Position numbers and translations under genes: made by a program
Source: Nitrospira japonica
GTDB lineage: Bacteria > Nitrospirota > Thermodesulfovibrionia > Thermodesulfovibrionales > SM23-35
Assembly: GCA_020725385.1 (NCBI GenBank)
Contig: DYFC01000023.1
Coordinates: 1-17,788 of the forward strand
Reading direction: 5' to 3'
DNA: 17,788 nucleotides
Shown: piece by piece, positions 6,667-15,619 of the stretch
Position numbering within the stretch: position 1 is the stretch's first letter
Layout: each line of letters begins with the position of its first letter
The notes under the pieces: generated by a model
The model's database searches: none
Seen by the model: the letters and a program-made list of their open reading frames with translations, nothing else
What the model was told of the DNA's origin: nothing

Positions 6667-7839
6667 TTGAAAAAAAGAATTAAAGTTGAAATGGCTTTAA
6701 GAATAAAAAATCTTCCACCTTATCTTTTCGCATCCATTGATAAAATGAAACAGAAAGCGATACAAAAAGGCGTTGATTTGATAGATCTAAGTATTGGCGA
6801 CCCTGATATTCCTACTCCCGAACATATTGTTTCAGCGATGCAAAGAGCAGTAGAAAACCCTGTTCACCATCGTTATCCTTCTTATGAAGGGATGCTGTCT
6901 TTCAGACAATCTGTTTCGAAATGGTATAAAAGAAGATTTGGAGTTAATCTTGACCCGAAAAGTGAGGTATTATCTCTGATTGGTTCAAAAGAAGGAATAG
7001 GACATATCCCTCTGGCATTTATAAACCCGGGTGATACAGTACTTGTGCCATCTCCGGGATACCCTGTTTATCCTGTTGGAACACTTTTTGCGGGTGGTAA
7101 AAGTTATATTATGCCATTAATTGAAAAGAATGATTTTCTTCCTGATTTTTCATCTATTCCTGAAAAGGTTTTTCAAAAAGCAAAACTTATGTTTATAAAT
7201 TATCCCAATAATCCTACCTCTGCTTCAGCTACAATAGATTTTTTTAAAGAAGTGGTAAAAATTGCTCTCAAATACAATATAATTGTATGCCATGATGCTT
7301 CTTATACCGAAATTTATTATAGTAAAAAACCTCTTAGTTATTTACAAATACCGGGTGCAAAGGAGACAGGAATAGAATTCCATTCACTCTCAAAAACATA
7401 TAATATGACAGGATGGAGAATAGGATTTGCAGTAGGAAACAAAGATGTTCTCGCTGGATTGGGTAAGGTAAAAACAAATCTCGATTCCGGAATATTCCAG
7501 GCTATACAAGAAGCAGCTATTGTAGCTCTTGATACAGAAGATAAAATTCTTGCGAAAATAAGAAATACATACAGAGAGCGCAGGGATATACTTTATAACG
7601 GTCTTAAAGAAATAGGAATCGAACTTTCTAAACCCGAAGCAACTTTTTATTTATGGGCGAAAACACCTAAAAGGTTTAATTCAGCAAGTTTTGTTGCACA
7701 TATTTTAAATAAAGCAGGAGTGCTTGCAACACCCGGAAATGGTTTTGGTTCACCTGGAGAAGGGTATGTAAGGTTTGCTTTGACTGCAGATGCCAGAAGA
7801 ATAAAAGAGGCTGTAGAAAGAATAAAAAAGATCATTTAA
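6667..7839 (+). CDS. dapL: LL-diaminopimelate aminotransferase (class I/II PLP aminotransferase)
   Basis: 'LPPYLFA', 'IGSKEGIGH', 'NYPNNPT', PLP-Lys motif 'EFHSLSKTYNMTGWRIG' and 'KTNLDSG'. SD AAGGAGG then TTG 6667. Confidence 0.8.
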   Translation: MKKRIKVEMALRIKNLPPYLFASIDKMKQKAIQKGVDLIDLSIGDPDIPTPEHIVSAMQRAVENPVHHRYPSYEGMLSFRQSVSKWYKRRFGVNLDPKSEVLSLIGSKEGIGHIPLAFINPGDTVLVPSPGYPVYPVGTLFAGGKSYIMPLIEKNDFLPDFSSIPEKVFQKAKLMFINYPNNPTSASATIDFFKEVVKIALKYNIIVCHDASYTEIYYSKKPLSYLQIPGAKETGIEFHSLSKTYNMTGWRIGFAVGNKDVLAGLGKVKTNLDSGIFQAIQEAAIVALDTEDKILAKIRNTYRERRDILYNGLKEIGIELSKPEATFYLWAKTPKRFNSASFVAHILNKAGVLATPGNGFGSPGEGYVRFALTADARRIKEAVERIKKII

Positions 7840-7913
7840 TAAAAAACACAAACATTTTTTAAAGTTTATTTAGTTCGATAAATTTATTTTTTAGAAATAA
7901 ATAAAACAAACAT

Positions 7914-8372
7914 ATGCCAACAGTTTATATAGGAATTGGCTCGAATTTAGGGGATAGGATTAATAATTGTAAGCAGGCGATAAGTTTATTGAGAGAAGAG
8001 GGAATAGTAGTTCAAAAAGAATCATCTGTCTATGAAACAGAACCATGGGGTTTAAAAGAACAGCCATTATTTATTAATATAGCTGTCGAGGCTGAGACAG
8101 AGATGGAACCATTTGATTTATTAAGAGCCCTTAAAAACATAGAAAAGAAAATGGGAAGAAAAGAAACATTTCATTGGGGACCCCGCATAATTGATCTTGA
8201 TATTCTTCTTTATGATAATATGATTATTAATAACAAAGAACTTAGTATTCCCCATAAGAACATGCATGAACGTTACTTTGTATTGAAACCTTTAAGTGAA
8301 ATAGCAGGAGAAATAAAGCATCCGGTTTTACAACTGAATATAAAAGAACTTTTGCAGAGAATCAACAAATAA
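7914..8372 (+). CDS. folK: 2-amino-4-hydroxy-6-hydroxymethyldihydropteridine diphosphokinase
   Basis: 'YIGIGSNLG', 'SSVYETEPWG', 'WGPRIIDLDILLY' and 'IPH...R.FVL.PL'. Confidence 0.96.
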   Translation: MPTVYIGIGSNLGDRINNCKQAISLLREEGIVVQKESSVYETEPWGLKEQPLFINIAVEAETEMEPFDLLRALKNIEKKMGRKETFHWGPRIIDLDILLYDNMIINNKELSIPHKNMHERYFVLKPLSEIAGEIKHPVLQLNIKELLQRINK

Positions 8373-8412
8373 AATATTTCTGCACTTATTTTAGAAAGAA
8401 GCTGTGTGAGAG

Positions 8413-10407
8413 ATGGAATTCCTTGATATTGAAAATCTATCCGATTTATTAAATCACCTTGCAAAGCTTACCGGGCTTCCTATCTCTTTATACAATTCAA
8501 AAGGCGATATTATATTCCAGACGTTAAACGAATCCGGAATATTAAAAACTATTAAATGTTCTTCGGCCGGCATTTCAGAATATAACGAATTTGTTAAGAA
8601 ATCTATAAATAAAGCAATTCTTTCTCCCGGGGTTTCGATTTTTAAAGGTCCCGAAGACGGTTACCATTTCTTTGCTCCTGTGAATTTAAAGAAAAATATT
8701 CTCATAATAGCAGGAGGCGGTGTATATTTATCATTAAAAGATTTCGAAAGATTTTTCGAGAAAAAGAAAGATTATTATTCATTCCCTGAAACAAAGAATA
8801 ATGGTTTCAACCCGATAATAATAGAAAAATTATCTTCTTTTATCAGTACAGCCCAACATATTAAATCAATTTTTACCATAATATTCACAGGAAATTACAA
8901 ACATAATATTAATGAAAAAAAATACAGGGTAATGAAAATAATGATGGAAATTATTTCGGATATCAATACCGGAAATCAGAAAACCAATATATTCCATACG
9001 CTGTCAGACATGATACTTTTCTTTTTTAATGTAGAAAGCCTTGCAATTTTGATCAGAAACAATGATCTGCTTGAACCGGTTTGGGCTGCCGGCAAGCTGA
9101 GGGATTATTTAACAACAACCAATCTCAAAATAAATGGTTTTATTGAAAAAGCGATAGAAGAACAAATATGCGTTTACAGTGATTCAGCCATGGATATAAT
9201 GAGTGCCGGATTAAATGAAGATATAGTTTCAATTTTTACATTTCCGATTATTACCGGCAATGAAGCAGCCGGGATATTGAACATAATCAATACTAACCTG
9301 ATAGCTGAAGATATTCAATTGATAACAGAGATTTGCAGGGTAGCGGGTTTAATGCTAAGAGTGGCACAGCTACAGGATGCATATCAAAAATATATAAGGG
9401 ATGTTAATACTCTCTGGAGTGCTGCTGAAAGAATAATACCTTTGATGGAGCCGGATGAACTTTATAATGCAATACTCGAAACATCTGTACGGCTTGCCGA
9501 AGCAGAAAAGGGCTCCCTGCTTTTAGCAGAAGGTGATTCATCGTTACTTACTATAAAAGCTGCAAGAGGCATTCATAAAAAACTTTACGATGCAGTAAAA
9601 GTAAAGCCAGGTGAAGGTATAGCAGGAAAGGTTTTTACAGAGGGAATTCCTGTGCTTGTTGATGATATTGAAAAAATCCGGGATATAAAATCATCCAGAA
9701 AATATAAATATAAAACAGGTTCATTTCTAAGTATTCCTCTTAAAATAGGTGATAGAACAATCGGGGTCCTAAATATAGCTGATAAAATTACAGGCGGCAT
9801 TTTTTCCGAAGAAGACATGTCCTTGATACGTTCTTTTGCTTCGTATGCTACCATAGCTCTTGAAAGGTCAAATTATTATAATCTTGCCGAACATTTACGT
9901 GAACTCTCAATTACGGATTCCCTTACAGGTTTATTTAACAGAAGATATTTCGAAGAAAGATTTATTGAAGAACTTCACCGCTCCGGGAGGCATAATCTTT
10001 TATTTTCATTGGCGATGATTGATATTGATGATTTCAAACTTTTCAATGACACAGAAGGACATCTCTCAGGAGATGAAATGTTAAAAGCAATATCGTTTAT
10101 TGCAAAAGAAACCCTGAGGGTAAGCGATGTTATAGCGCGTTTTGGAGGCGAAGAATTTGCTGTAATTATGCCCCAGACAAATAAAGAGGAAGCTTTTCTG
10201 GTTACCGAAAGAATCAGAAAAGCTGTCAGGGAATTGATTCCAAAGAACTGGAGAAAATATCCAAAAGAAGCAATTACAGTCAGTATCGGTATTGCTTCTT
10301 TTCCGGAAGACGGGGTAAACAGAAAAGAGCTTATAAGAAGTGCGGACCGTGCACTTTATCGTTCGAAGATGGAAGGAAAAGATAGAACAACTGTTTGGTC
10401 GGTTTAA
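8413..10407 (+). CDS. Diguanylate cyclase (PocR-like, GAF-like, GAF, GGDEF)
   Basis: 'DSLTGLFNRR', 'DIDDFKLFNDTEGH..GD', 'RFGGEEF' and a canonical RxxD I-site (RVSD). GAF motif 'GEGIAGKV...FLSIPL...IGVLNI'. Confidence 0.93.
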   Translation: MEFLDIENLSDLLNHLAKLTGLPISLYNSKGDIIFQTLNESGILKTIKCSSAGISEYNEFVKKSINKAILSPGVSIFKGPEDGYHFFAPVNLKKNILIIAGGGVYLSLKDFERFFEKKKDYYSFPETKNNGFNPIIIEKLSSFISTAQHIKSIFTIIFTGNYKHNINEKKYRVMKIMMEIISDINTGNQKTNIFHTLSDMILFFFNVESLAILIRNNDLLEPVWAAGKLRDYLTTTNLKINGFIEKAIEEQICVYSDSAMDIMSAGLNEDIVSIFTFPIITGNEAAGILNIINTNLIAEDIQLITEICRVAGLMLRVAQLQDAYQKYIRDVNTLWSAAERIIPLMEPDELYNAILETSVRLAEAEKGSLLLAEGDSSLLTIKAARGIHKKLYDAVKVKPGEGIAGKVFTEGIPVLVDDIEKIRDIKSSRKYKYKTGSFLSIPLKIGDRTIGVLNIADKITGGIFSEEDMSLIRSFASYATIALERSNYYNLAEHLRELSITDSLTGLFNRRYFEERFIEELHRSGRHNLLFSLAMIDIDDFKLFNDTEGHLSGDEMLKAISFIAKETLRVSDVIARFGGEEFAVIMPQTNKEEAFLVTERIRKAVRELIPKNWRKYPKEAITVSIGIASFPEDGVNRKELIRSADRALYRSKMEGKDRTTVWSV

Positions 10408-11015
10408 GCTTTTCTAACAAATTCACCGAAATTTTTTAGAATTTTCAAGCCAGTTTGCTGACTTTTCTCGGGATGAAATTGTGTTGCAATAATATTGTCT
10501 TTCCATACCATCGAAGTAAAAGTTATTCCATAATCAGTTATACCTGAAACAACTTCTTCATTATCAGGTTTGACATAAAAAGAATGGACAAAATAAAAAT
10601 AAGAATTATCATCGATACCATTAAAAATAGGAGGCTTATTTACTAATTTTACCGTATTCCAGCCCATATGCGGAACTTTTAAGTTGTTCCGGAAACGTAC
10701 GACTTTGCCTTTTAATAAATCTAAGCCCTTTTGAATCCCGAATTCCTCTGATTCAGAAAAAAGTATCTGCAAGCCAAGGCATATTCCAAGATAGGGTTTC
10801 CCTTTCTTTATAGAGTTAATTATGGGTTCAATTAGATGCATATTGTCAAGATTCATGATACAATCTCTGAATGCACCAACACCCGGCAATACTATAGCAT
10901 TGGCATCATTAATTAAGCCGGGCTCTGTAACTACCCTTGCATCTATACCTACTTTCAGGAACCCTTTTTCAACACTTCGAAGGTTGCCCATTCCATAATC
11001 AATAATCGCAATCAT
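10404..11015 (-). CDS. hisH: Imidazole glycerol phosphate synthase glutaminase subunit
   Basis: 'IIDYGMGNLRSV', 'LPGVGAF', 'GICLGLQ', 'VPHMGWN', 'YFVHSF' and 'QFHPEKS'. Confidence 0.97.
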   Translation of the reverse strand: MIAIIDYGMGNLRSVEKGFLKVGIDARVVTEPGLINDANAIVLPGVGAFRDCIMNLDNMHLIEPIINSIKKGKPYLGICLGLQILFSESEEFGIQKGLDLLKGKVVRFRNNLKVPHMGWNTVKLVNKPPIFNGIDDNSYFYFVHSFYVKPDNEEVVSGITDYGITFTSMVWKDNIIATQFHPEKSQQTGLKILKNFGEFVRKA

Positions 11016-11113
11016 AGCATATTATAAACTAAAAATTAGAATCTTGTTGAGATATTCTTTTAATACCAGTTAGAAAGGTGTAAGTTTCGAAAGATATTCT
11101 TTGCCTGAAAAAT

Positions 11114-11191
11114 TGGCGTCCCCAACGGGATTTGAACCCGTGTTACTGCCTTGAAAGGGCAATGTCCTAGGCCGGGCTAGACGATGGGGAC
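11114..11191 (-). tRNA. tRNA-Glu (anticodon TTC), CCA encoded
   Basis: Reverse complement GTCCCCATCGTCTAGCCCGGCCTAGGACATTGCCCTTTCAAGGCAGTAACACGGGTTCAAATCCCGTTGGGGACGCCA folds into a cloverleaf. Confidence 0.97.
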
Positions 11192-11196
11192 GCATA

Positions 11197-11272
11197 TGGT
11201 GAGCCGCGTTGGATTCGAACCAACGACCCACGCCTTAAAAGGGCGTTGCTCTACCTGCTGAGCTAGCGGCCC
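11197..11272 (-). tRNA. tRNA-Lys (anticodon TTT), CCA encoded
   Basis: Reverse complement GGGCCGCTAGCTCAGCAGGTAGAGCAACGCCCTTTTAAGGCGTGGGTCGTTGGTTCGAATCCAACGCGGCTCACCA folds into a cloverleaf. Confidence 0.97.
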
Positions 11273-11286
11273 GTAAAGTAAAATAT

Positions 11287-11316
11287 AATCTAACTTAAAA
11301 AAACCTTTTTTGTCAA
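11287..11316 (-). promoter_or_regulatory. Putative sigma70 promoter of the tRNA-Lys/tRNA-Glu operon
   Basis: Minus strand TTGACA-18 nt-TAGATT, ending 14 nt before the tRNA-Lys 5' end. Confidence 0.55.
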
Positions 11317-11500
11317 TTTAAAACTCTAAATTTTTCCAATTCTAAAAGGTTCTATAAGAGATTATTTTTTAAATAGTATCTTCTTGAAATAAAAAATTAT
11401 TATTTGAATAAATTGTTCTTGCATTAAATTGCTTAGATATGCTATAAATTCTACGTTTGTAAAACTTTTAAGAAAATTATCAAAACTCACAGGGGGTTAT

Positions 11501-13186
11501 ATGTGTAAGAAAATGGTCTTGTTAATGTTTCTTTTAGTTTCTTTCATGCTCTGCCCCATGTATGTTTTTGCTGCAAAAGCCGGCTCTGCCGAAAATAACA
11601 AATTATGTCTTCAATGCCATTCTGACAAGACTCTGACTAAAAAATTGTTGAACAAGGAGATTCTGTCACTTTATATTGATGGCGGTCAGTTTGCAGCTTC
11701 TGTACATGGGAAGATAAGTTGTAGCGGTTGCCACATTGATATTAATATGGATAATCATCCTCAATCAAAGAGAATTGCAAGCAGAAGAGACTATGCTTTA
11801 AGTGTCTCAAGAAACTGTTCAATTTGCCATACAGAAGCACAATTGAACCAGAGACAACCAATTCATAAAGCTCTTGCTGAGAAAGGACCATGTATTGAAT
11901 GTCATGGCTCACATTATATAAGGCCAACAGCTATCAATAAAGCAGGGGTACAGGAAAATGCATATTGTCTTACATGCCATAGAAATAAAATAAGTATGAG
12001 GATGAAAAATGGTGAAACTCTTTCAGTTTATGTTGATGAAAATGCATTTAATTTATCAGTTCATGCAAAACTTCAATGTAAAGACTGTCATGCTGAATTT
12101 TCCAAGACCCAGCACCCTGTGAGAACATTCAATAGCAGGAGAGCATATACTATAGCAGCTTCAGACCTATGCGGAAAATGCCATAAGGAAGCTGCTAAAC
12201 TTTATGAAACAAGTGTTCATATAGAACAACTTAAAGGTGGAAACGAAAAAGCGCCGACCTGTATTGATTGTCATGGAGACCATTCTGTTGTTAGCACTAA
12301 AAAAGATAAAACTATCGGAATTGTCTCCTGTAATAAATGCCATAGTGAAATGAACGCTTCATATGAAGCAAGTATGCATGGCAAAGCAAGAATTAAGGGA
12401 GATGAAAAAGCCCCTTCGTGTGCATCCTGCCATAATGCTCATAATGTTGAATCTGCAAAGATGACTACAAAAATAAAAGATGGTTGTTTGAGATGCCACA
12501 AAGATGCAGCGAAAGTTCACTCAAGATGGCTCTATAATCCTCCTGTTAAATTATCTACATTTTCAATCGCACATTTTGATGCTGTCTCATGCGCAGCCTG
12601 TCATTCACCCGGGGCAAAAAGAGGAATTTATTTAACACCTTATAACAGAAAAACCGGTAAACCTTTGTCAGAAGATGAAATAATGAAAACTCTCGGATTA
12701 GAATCCGATGGTTTGATGAAAAAATTCGATTCAAATTCAAATGGTAGCATCGAACCTAAAGAACTGTGGAATATTTTTGCAGAACTCTTCAAAAAGGGCG
12801 AGATGATAACATTTATGGGCAATATGGATGTACAAAAGGCAACAGAAGCCCATATGATTGGAAGTAAGGCAGAAGGTGTAAAAGACTGTGATAAATGCCA
12901 TAAACCCGATGCCGAGCTTTTCCAGAATGTATTTGTAGTTATAAAGAAATCTGACGGCAAACCTTTGATAATTCCTGCTTCAAAAGAAATATTGAATTCT
13001 GTTTATGCGATACTTCCTATGAGCAAATTTTATGTTCTTGGAAGTACAAGTATTAAGTTGCTGGATATAATATTTATCATTGCTCTGATTGGTGGTATAG
13101 CAGTACCAATCGGGCATATATCTTTTAGAATAATAACTTCTCCTATTAGAGCTTTGAGAAGAATGGGGAAGGGAGGTAAGAAATAA
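11501..13186 (+). CDS. Periplasmic multiheme cytochrome c (13 CxxCH) with an EF-hand-like loop and C-terminal membrane anchor
   Basis: Signal peptide from ATG 11501 (SD AGGGGG). Heme motifs: CLQCH, CSGCH, CSICH, CIECH, CLTCH, CKDCH, CGKCH, CIDCH, CNKCH, CASCH, CLRCH, CAACH, CDKCH. C-terminal TM 'LLDIIFIIALIGGIAVPIGH'. Confidence 0.93.
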   Translation: MCKKMVLLMFLLVSFMLCPMYVFAAKAGSAENNKLCLQCHSDKTLTKKLLNKEILSLYIDGGQFAASVHGKISCSGCHIDINMDNHPQSKRIASRRDYALSVSRNCSICHTEAQLNQRQPIHKALAEKGPCIECHGSHYIRPTAINKAGVQENAYCLTCHRNKISMRMKNGETLSVYVDENAFNLSVHAKLQCKDCHAEFSKTQHPVRTFNSRRAYTIAASDLCGKCHKEAAKLYETSVHIEQLKGGNEKAPTCIDCHGDHSVVSTKKDKTIGIVSCNKCHSEMNASYEASMHGKARIKGDEKAPSCASCHNAHNVESAKMTTKIKDGCLRCHKDAAKVHSRWLYNPPVKLSTFSIAHFDAVSCAACHSPGAKRGIYLTPYNRKTGKPLSEDEIMKTLGLESDGLMKKFDSNSNGSIEPKELWNIFAELFKKGEMITFMGNMDVQKATEAHMIGSKAEGVKDCDKCHKPDAELFQNVFVVIKKSDGKPLIIPASKEILNSVYAILPMSKFYVLGSTSIKLLDIIFIIALIGGIAVPIGHISFRIITSPIRALRRMGKGGKK

Positions 13187-13899
13187 TGACAAGAATATTT
13201 CTTCATCCAATACCAATTAGAATATGGCACTGGGTAAATGCGCTTGCATTTATAATTCTTATATTAACAGGCGCCCAGATAAAACTCGGAAATGCTATCC
13301 ACTTTTTCTCTTTCCATACAGCTGTTAAAATACATAGCTGGCTGGGATGGATTCTTGTATTCAATTACTTCATCTGGGTTATTTACTATTTTTCAACTGG
13401 TAATATAAAGATATATATTCCTCCTCTAAATCGTCCTGTTGAATATGCAAAAAAAGCATTGCGTCAGGCAAAATTCTATGGCTGGGGAATCATGGTTGGT
13501 GATGAAAATCCCCATCATTCAACTTTTGAGAACAAATTTAATCCAATGCAGCAAGTATCATATCTCATGATTATGGTCGCGCTAATACCTTTGCAGCTTA
13601 TAACTGGCATGTTATTATGGGATCCGAAACTGTTTGAACCTATTGTAAATATTGCAGGTGGATTGCAGATTGTTGATCTTATCCATGTTTTTCTCTGGAT
13701 TTTCTTCAGCGCATTTATAATAGTGCATTTCTATCTCGCAACACTCGGACATACGCCTATGGCACATATAATTGCCATGTTTACGGGTTATGAAGAATTG
13801 CATGATGATCACGGACACGGACACGGTCACGGTGAAGAGCATGGCCATGAGAAAGAACATCAGGATTCACACGGACACGGTGAAAGCCACAGTCACTAA
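13186..13899 (+). CDS. Membrane cytochrome b (Ni-hydrogenase/FDH cytochrome b type) with a His-rich tail
   Basis: 'RIWHWVNA', 'IHSWLG', 'KFNPMQQ.SY', 'LIHVFL' and 'IVHFYL'; four TM helices. TAATG overlap with the cytochrome c gene. Confidence 0.92.
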   Translation: MTRIFLHPIPIRIWHWVNALAFIILILTGAQIKLGNAIHFFSFHTAVKIHSWLGWILVFNYFIWVIYYFSTGNIKIYIPPLNRPVEYAKKALRQAKFYGWGIMVGDENPHHSTFENKFNPMQQVSYLMIMVALIPLQLITGMLLWDPKLFEPIVNIAGGLQIVDLIHVFLWIFFSAFIIVHFYLATLGHTPMAHIIAMFTGYEELHDDHGHGHGHGEEHGHEKEHQDSHGHGESHSH

Positions 13900-13909
13900 T
13901 TGTTAAAAC

Positions 13910-13948
13910 AAAAAGCGGAATTCTTTGAATTAGGATTCCGCTTTTTTT
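13910..13948 (+). terminator. Intrinsic terminator of the cytochrome c/b operon
   Basis: Stem AAAAAGCGGAATTCT / AGGATTCCGCTTTTT plus a T-run, 10 nt after the stop. Confidence 0.85.
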
Positions 13949-13997
13949 ATATGTATCGTATTTCATTGAATATATAATTAAATACAAATGAAATAAT

Positions 13998-14108
13998 GCA
14001 GATCTTGCAAAATCCACGTTGCGCTATCTGTAATCCGTGTTTGTTATTTATATAAAAATACGGACACTGTTAACGGACATGTAGAACGATTTTTCGTGCA
14101 ATATCTGC
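13998..14108. repeat. MITE-like palindromic element with terminal inverted repeats
   Basis: GCAGATCTTGCA (13998-14009) / TGCAATATCTGC (14097-14108) form an 11/12 IR. Internal hairpin TCCGTGTTT...AAATACGGA. A related copy is at 1932-2013. Confidence 0.6.
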
Positions 14109-14151
14109 TTTTCTAAGTAACTCTGAAATAATATAAAGGAGGATTAAATAA

Positions 14152-14664
14152 ATGGGGGGGAAAATTATTTTTTCATCGACAATCATTTTTCTTTTCTTAC
14201 TATATCCTTTTATTTTAGTAGCCGACGCAATAGATGATATAACCGCTGCTTCAAAAGCACAGTCAGCCGGAAATTATGATGAAGCAATCAGATTATATAC
14301 CAAAGCTATTAAATCCGAAGAACTCAAGGAAAATCTAATTCTGGGATACGTGCGGAGAGGAAGTTGCTATGAAGCTAAAGGCCAACTGGATAGTGCCCTG
14401 GAAGATTATACAGCAGCAATTAAACTTGAATCGAATAATTCATATCATTTTACTGCCCGTGGAATAATTTATATGAAAAAAGGATTCTGGGATCGTGCTA
14501 TAGAGGATTTTACAGAGGCAATTAGTCTTAACCCATCAAATATAAATGCTTATAAACAGAGAGCGATAGCGTATGAAAAAAAAGGTCTTACAGAAGCTGC
14601 AAAAGAAGACTTAAGGAAAGTGATGCAATTAGGAGCTGAATCAGGCGGGAAAGATTCTTTTTAA
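14152..14664 (+). CDS. Secreted tetratricopeptide repeat protein
   Basis: N-terminal hydrophobic signal and about four TPRs ('RRGSCYEAKGQLDSALEDYTAAIKL', 'RGIIYMKKGFWDRAIEDFTEAISLNP'). SD AAGGAGG. Confidence 0.9.
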   Translation: MGGKIIFSSTIIFLFLLYPFILVADAIDDITAASKAQSAGNYDEAIRLYTKAIKSEELKENLILGYVRRGSCYEAKGQLDSALEDYTAAIKLESNNSYHFTARGIIYMKKGFWDRAIEDFTEAISLNPSNINAYKQRAIAYEKKGLTEAAKEDLRKVMQLGAESGGKDSF

Positions 14665-15266
14665 ATATTATATATAGATAGGAATATATCCTCTTTATTA
14701 TGTCTTAATATCACATGTTTTGATATTTCTTTAATTGTGAAATCAAGTATTTCTCCTGGTTTTACATAAAAAAGTTCTACATCTTTGTGCGGTATAAAAT
14801 CGGTCAGAAAGCAGGCATGCATTGATTCTTTACAAATGGAAAAAAGTTTTTTAAGAGTCTGCTTTAGCGATTCTTCAATCCCAGCAATTCTAAGATTGAA
14901 AACCCCGCATATTATGATAATATCAAATTTTCTTTTGATCCCATTTTCATCAATATCAATAGCTATAAATTCAGCATTCTTATCTTTGTATTTAATTTTT
15001 GCAAGGGAAATCAAATTTTCATTTATATCAATACCGCAATATGATACCGGAATTTTTTTTTCATTAAGGAAGCTATAAAAGTCACCTTTACCGCAACCAA
15101 AATCAAGTATTGATTTATTGTTACAATCACCTATTATTTCAAGTAGTGTTTCATAGCGTCTAAGTTGTCCTTCGGGTGTCCATCTGACTGCCTGTGGTTT
15201 ATCACCAAAATGTTTCAGATGCATATTATAGAAGGTAATAAGTTCTTTTTTCCCGAGCGGGTCCAT
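14661..15266 (-). CDS. Class I SAM-dependent methyltransferase
   Basis: Motif I 'ILDFGCGKG', motif II 'YCGIDIN' and 'FDIIIICGVFN'. Confidence 0.9.
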   Translation of the reverse strand: MDPLGKKELITFYNMHLKHFGDKPQAVRWTPEGQLRRYETLLEIIGDCNNKSILDFGCGKGDFYSFLNEKKIPVSYCGIDINENLISLAKIKYKDKNAEFIAIDIDENGIKRKFDIIIICGVFNLRIAGIEESLKQTLKKLFSICKESMHACFLTDFIPHKDVELFYVKPGEILDFTIKEISKHVILRHNKEDIFLSIYNI

Positions 15267-15303
15267 TTGAATATATTATATATTAAAAATATTTCCCTGA
15301 CTG

Positions 15304-15340
15304 TTGCCTATTTTGTTTCTTTAGTGTACAATGTATTACA
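15304..15340 (+). promoter_or_regulatory. Sigma70 promoter with overlapping operator-like palindromes for the RHH-ParE module
   Basis: TTGCCT-17 nt-TACAAT, overlapped by the dyads TGTACA and TGTATTACA, as is typical of RHH antitoxin autoregulation. Confidence 0.6.
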
Positions 15341-15352
15341 AAGGAGGTGGTT

Positions 15353-15619
15353 ATGAGAACCGCAACAATTACGGTACGCGTTGAGGAAGAACTAAGAGAC
15401 CGAATAGAAAAGATATCAAGAGCAACAGACCGTCCTATATCATATCTCGTGAAGCGAGCCCTTGAACAGGTCATAGAGCAAGAAGAGTGGCAAATCGGCG
15501 AAATCCAGCGGCGAATTGAATTAGCGGACCGCCCTGAAGCCAGGTTCATTTCTCATGAGGATATTGAAGCTTGGCTGAAAAGCTGGGGCACCAGGAGAGA
15601 GAGGAAGCCGCCTAAATGA
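15353..15619 (+). CDS. CopG/ribbon-helix-helix antitoxin
   Basis: RHH 'TITVRVEEELRDRIEKISRATDRPISYLVKRAL' and C-terminal 'FISHEDIEAWLKSWGT'. SD AAGGAGGT favours ATG 15353. Confidence 0.88.
   Translation: MRTATITVRVEEELRDRIEKISRATDRPISYLVKRALEQVIEQEEWQIGEIQRRIELADRPEARFISHEDIEAWLKSWGTRRERKPPK

Noticed and set aside
10404-10407. Convergent genes sharing a TTAA stop overlap (also at 14661-14664)
   Set aside because: A common compact arrangement in AT-rich genomes with no further signal.
11050-11102. 11-bp direct repeat AGATATTCTTT downstream of tRNA-Glu, considered as an att scar
   Set aside because: It does not match the tRNA 3' end, there is no integrase nearby, and it is plausible by chance in AT-rich DNA.
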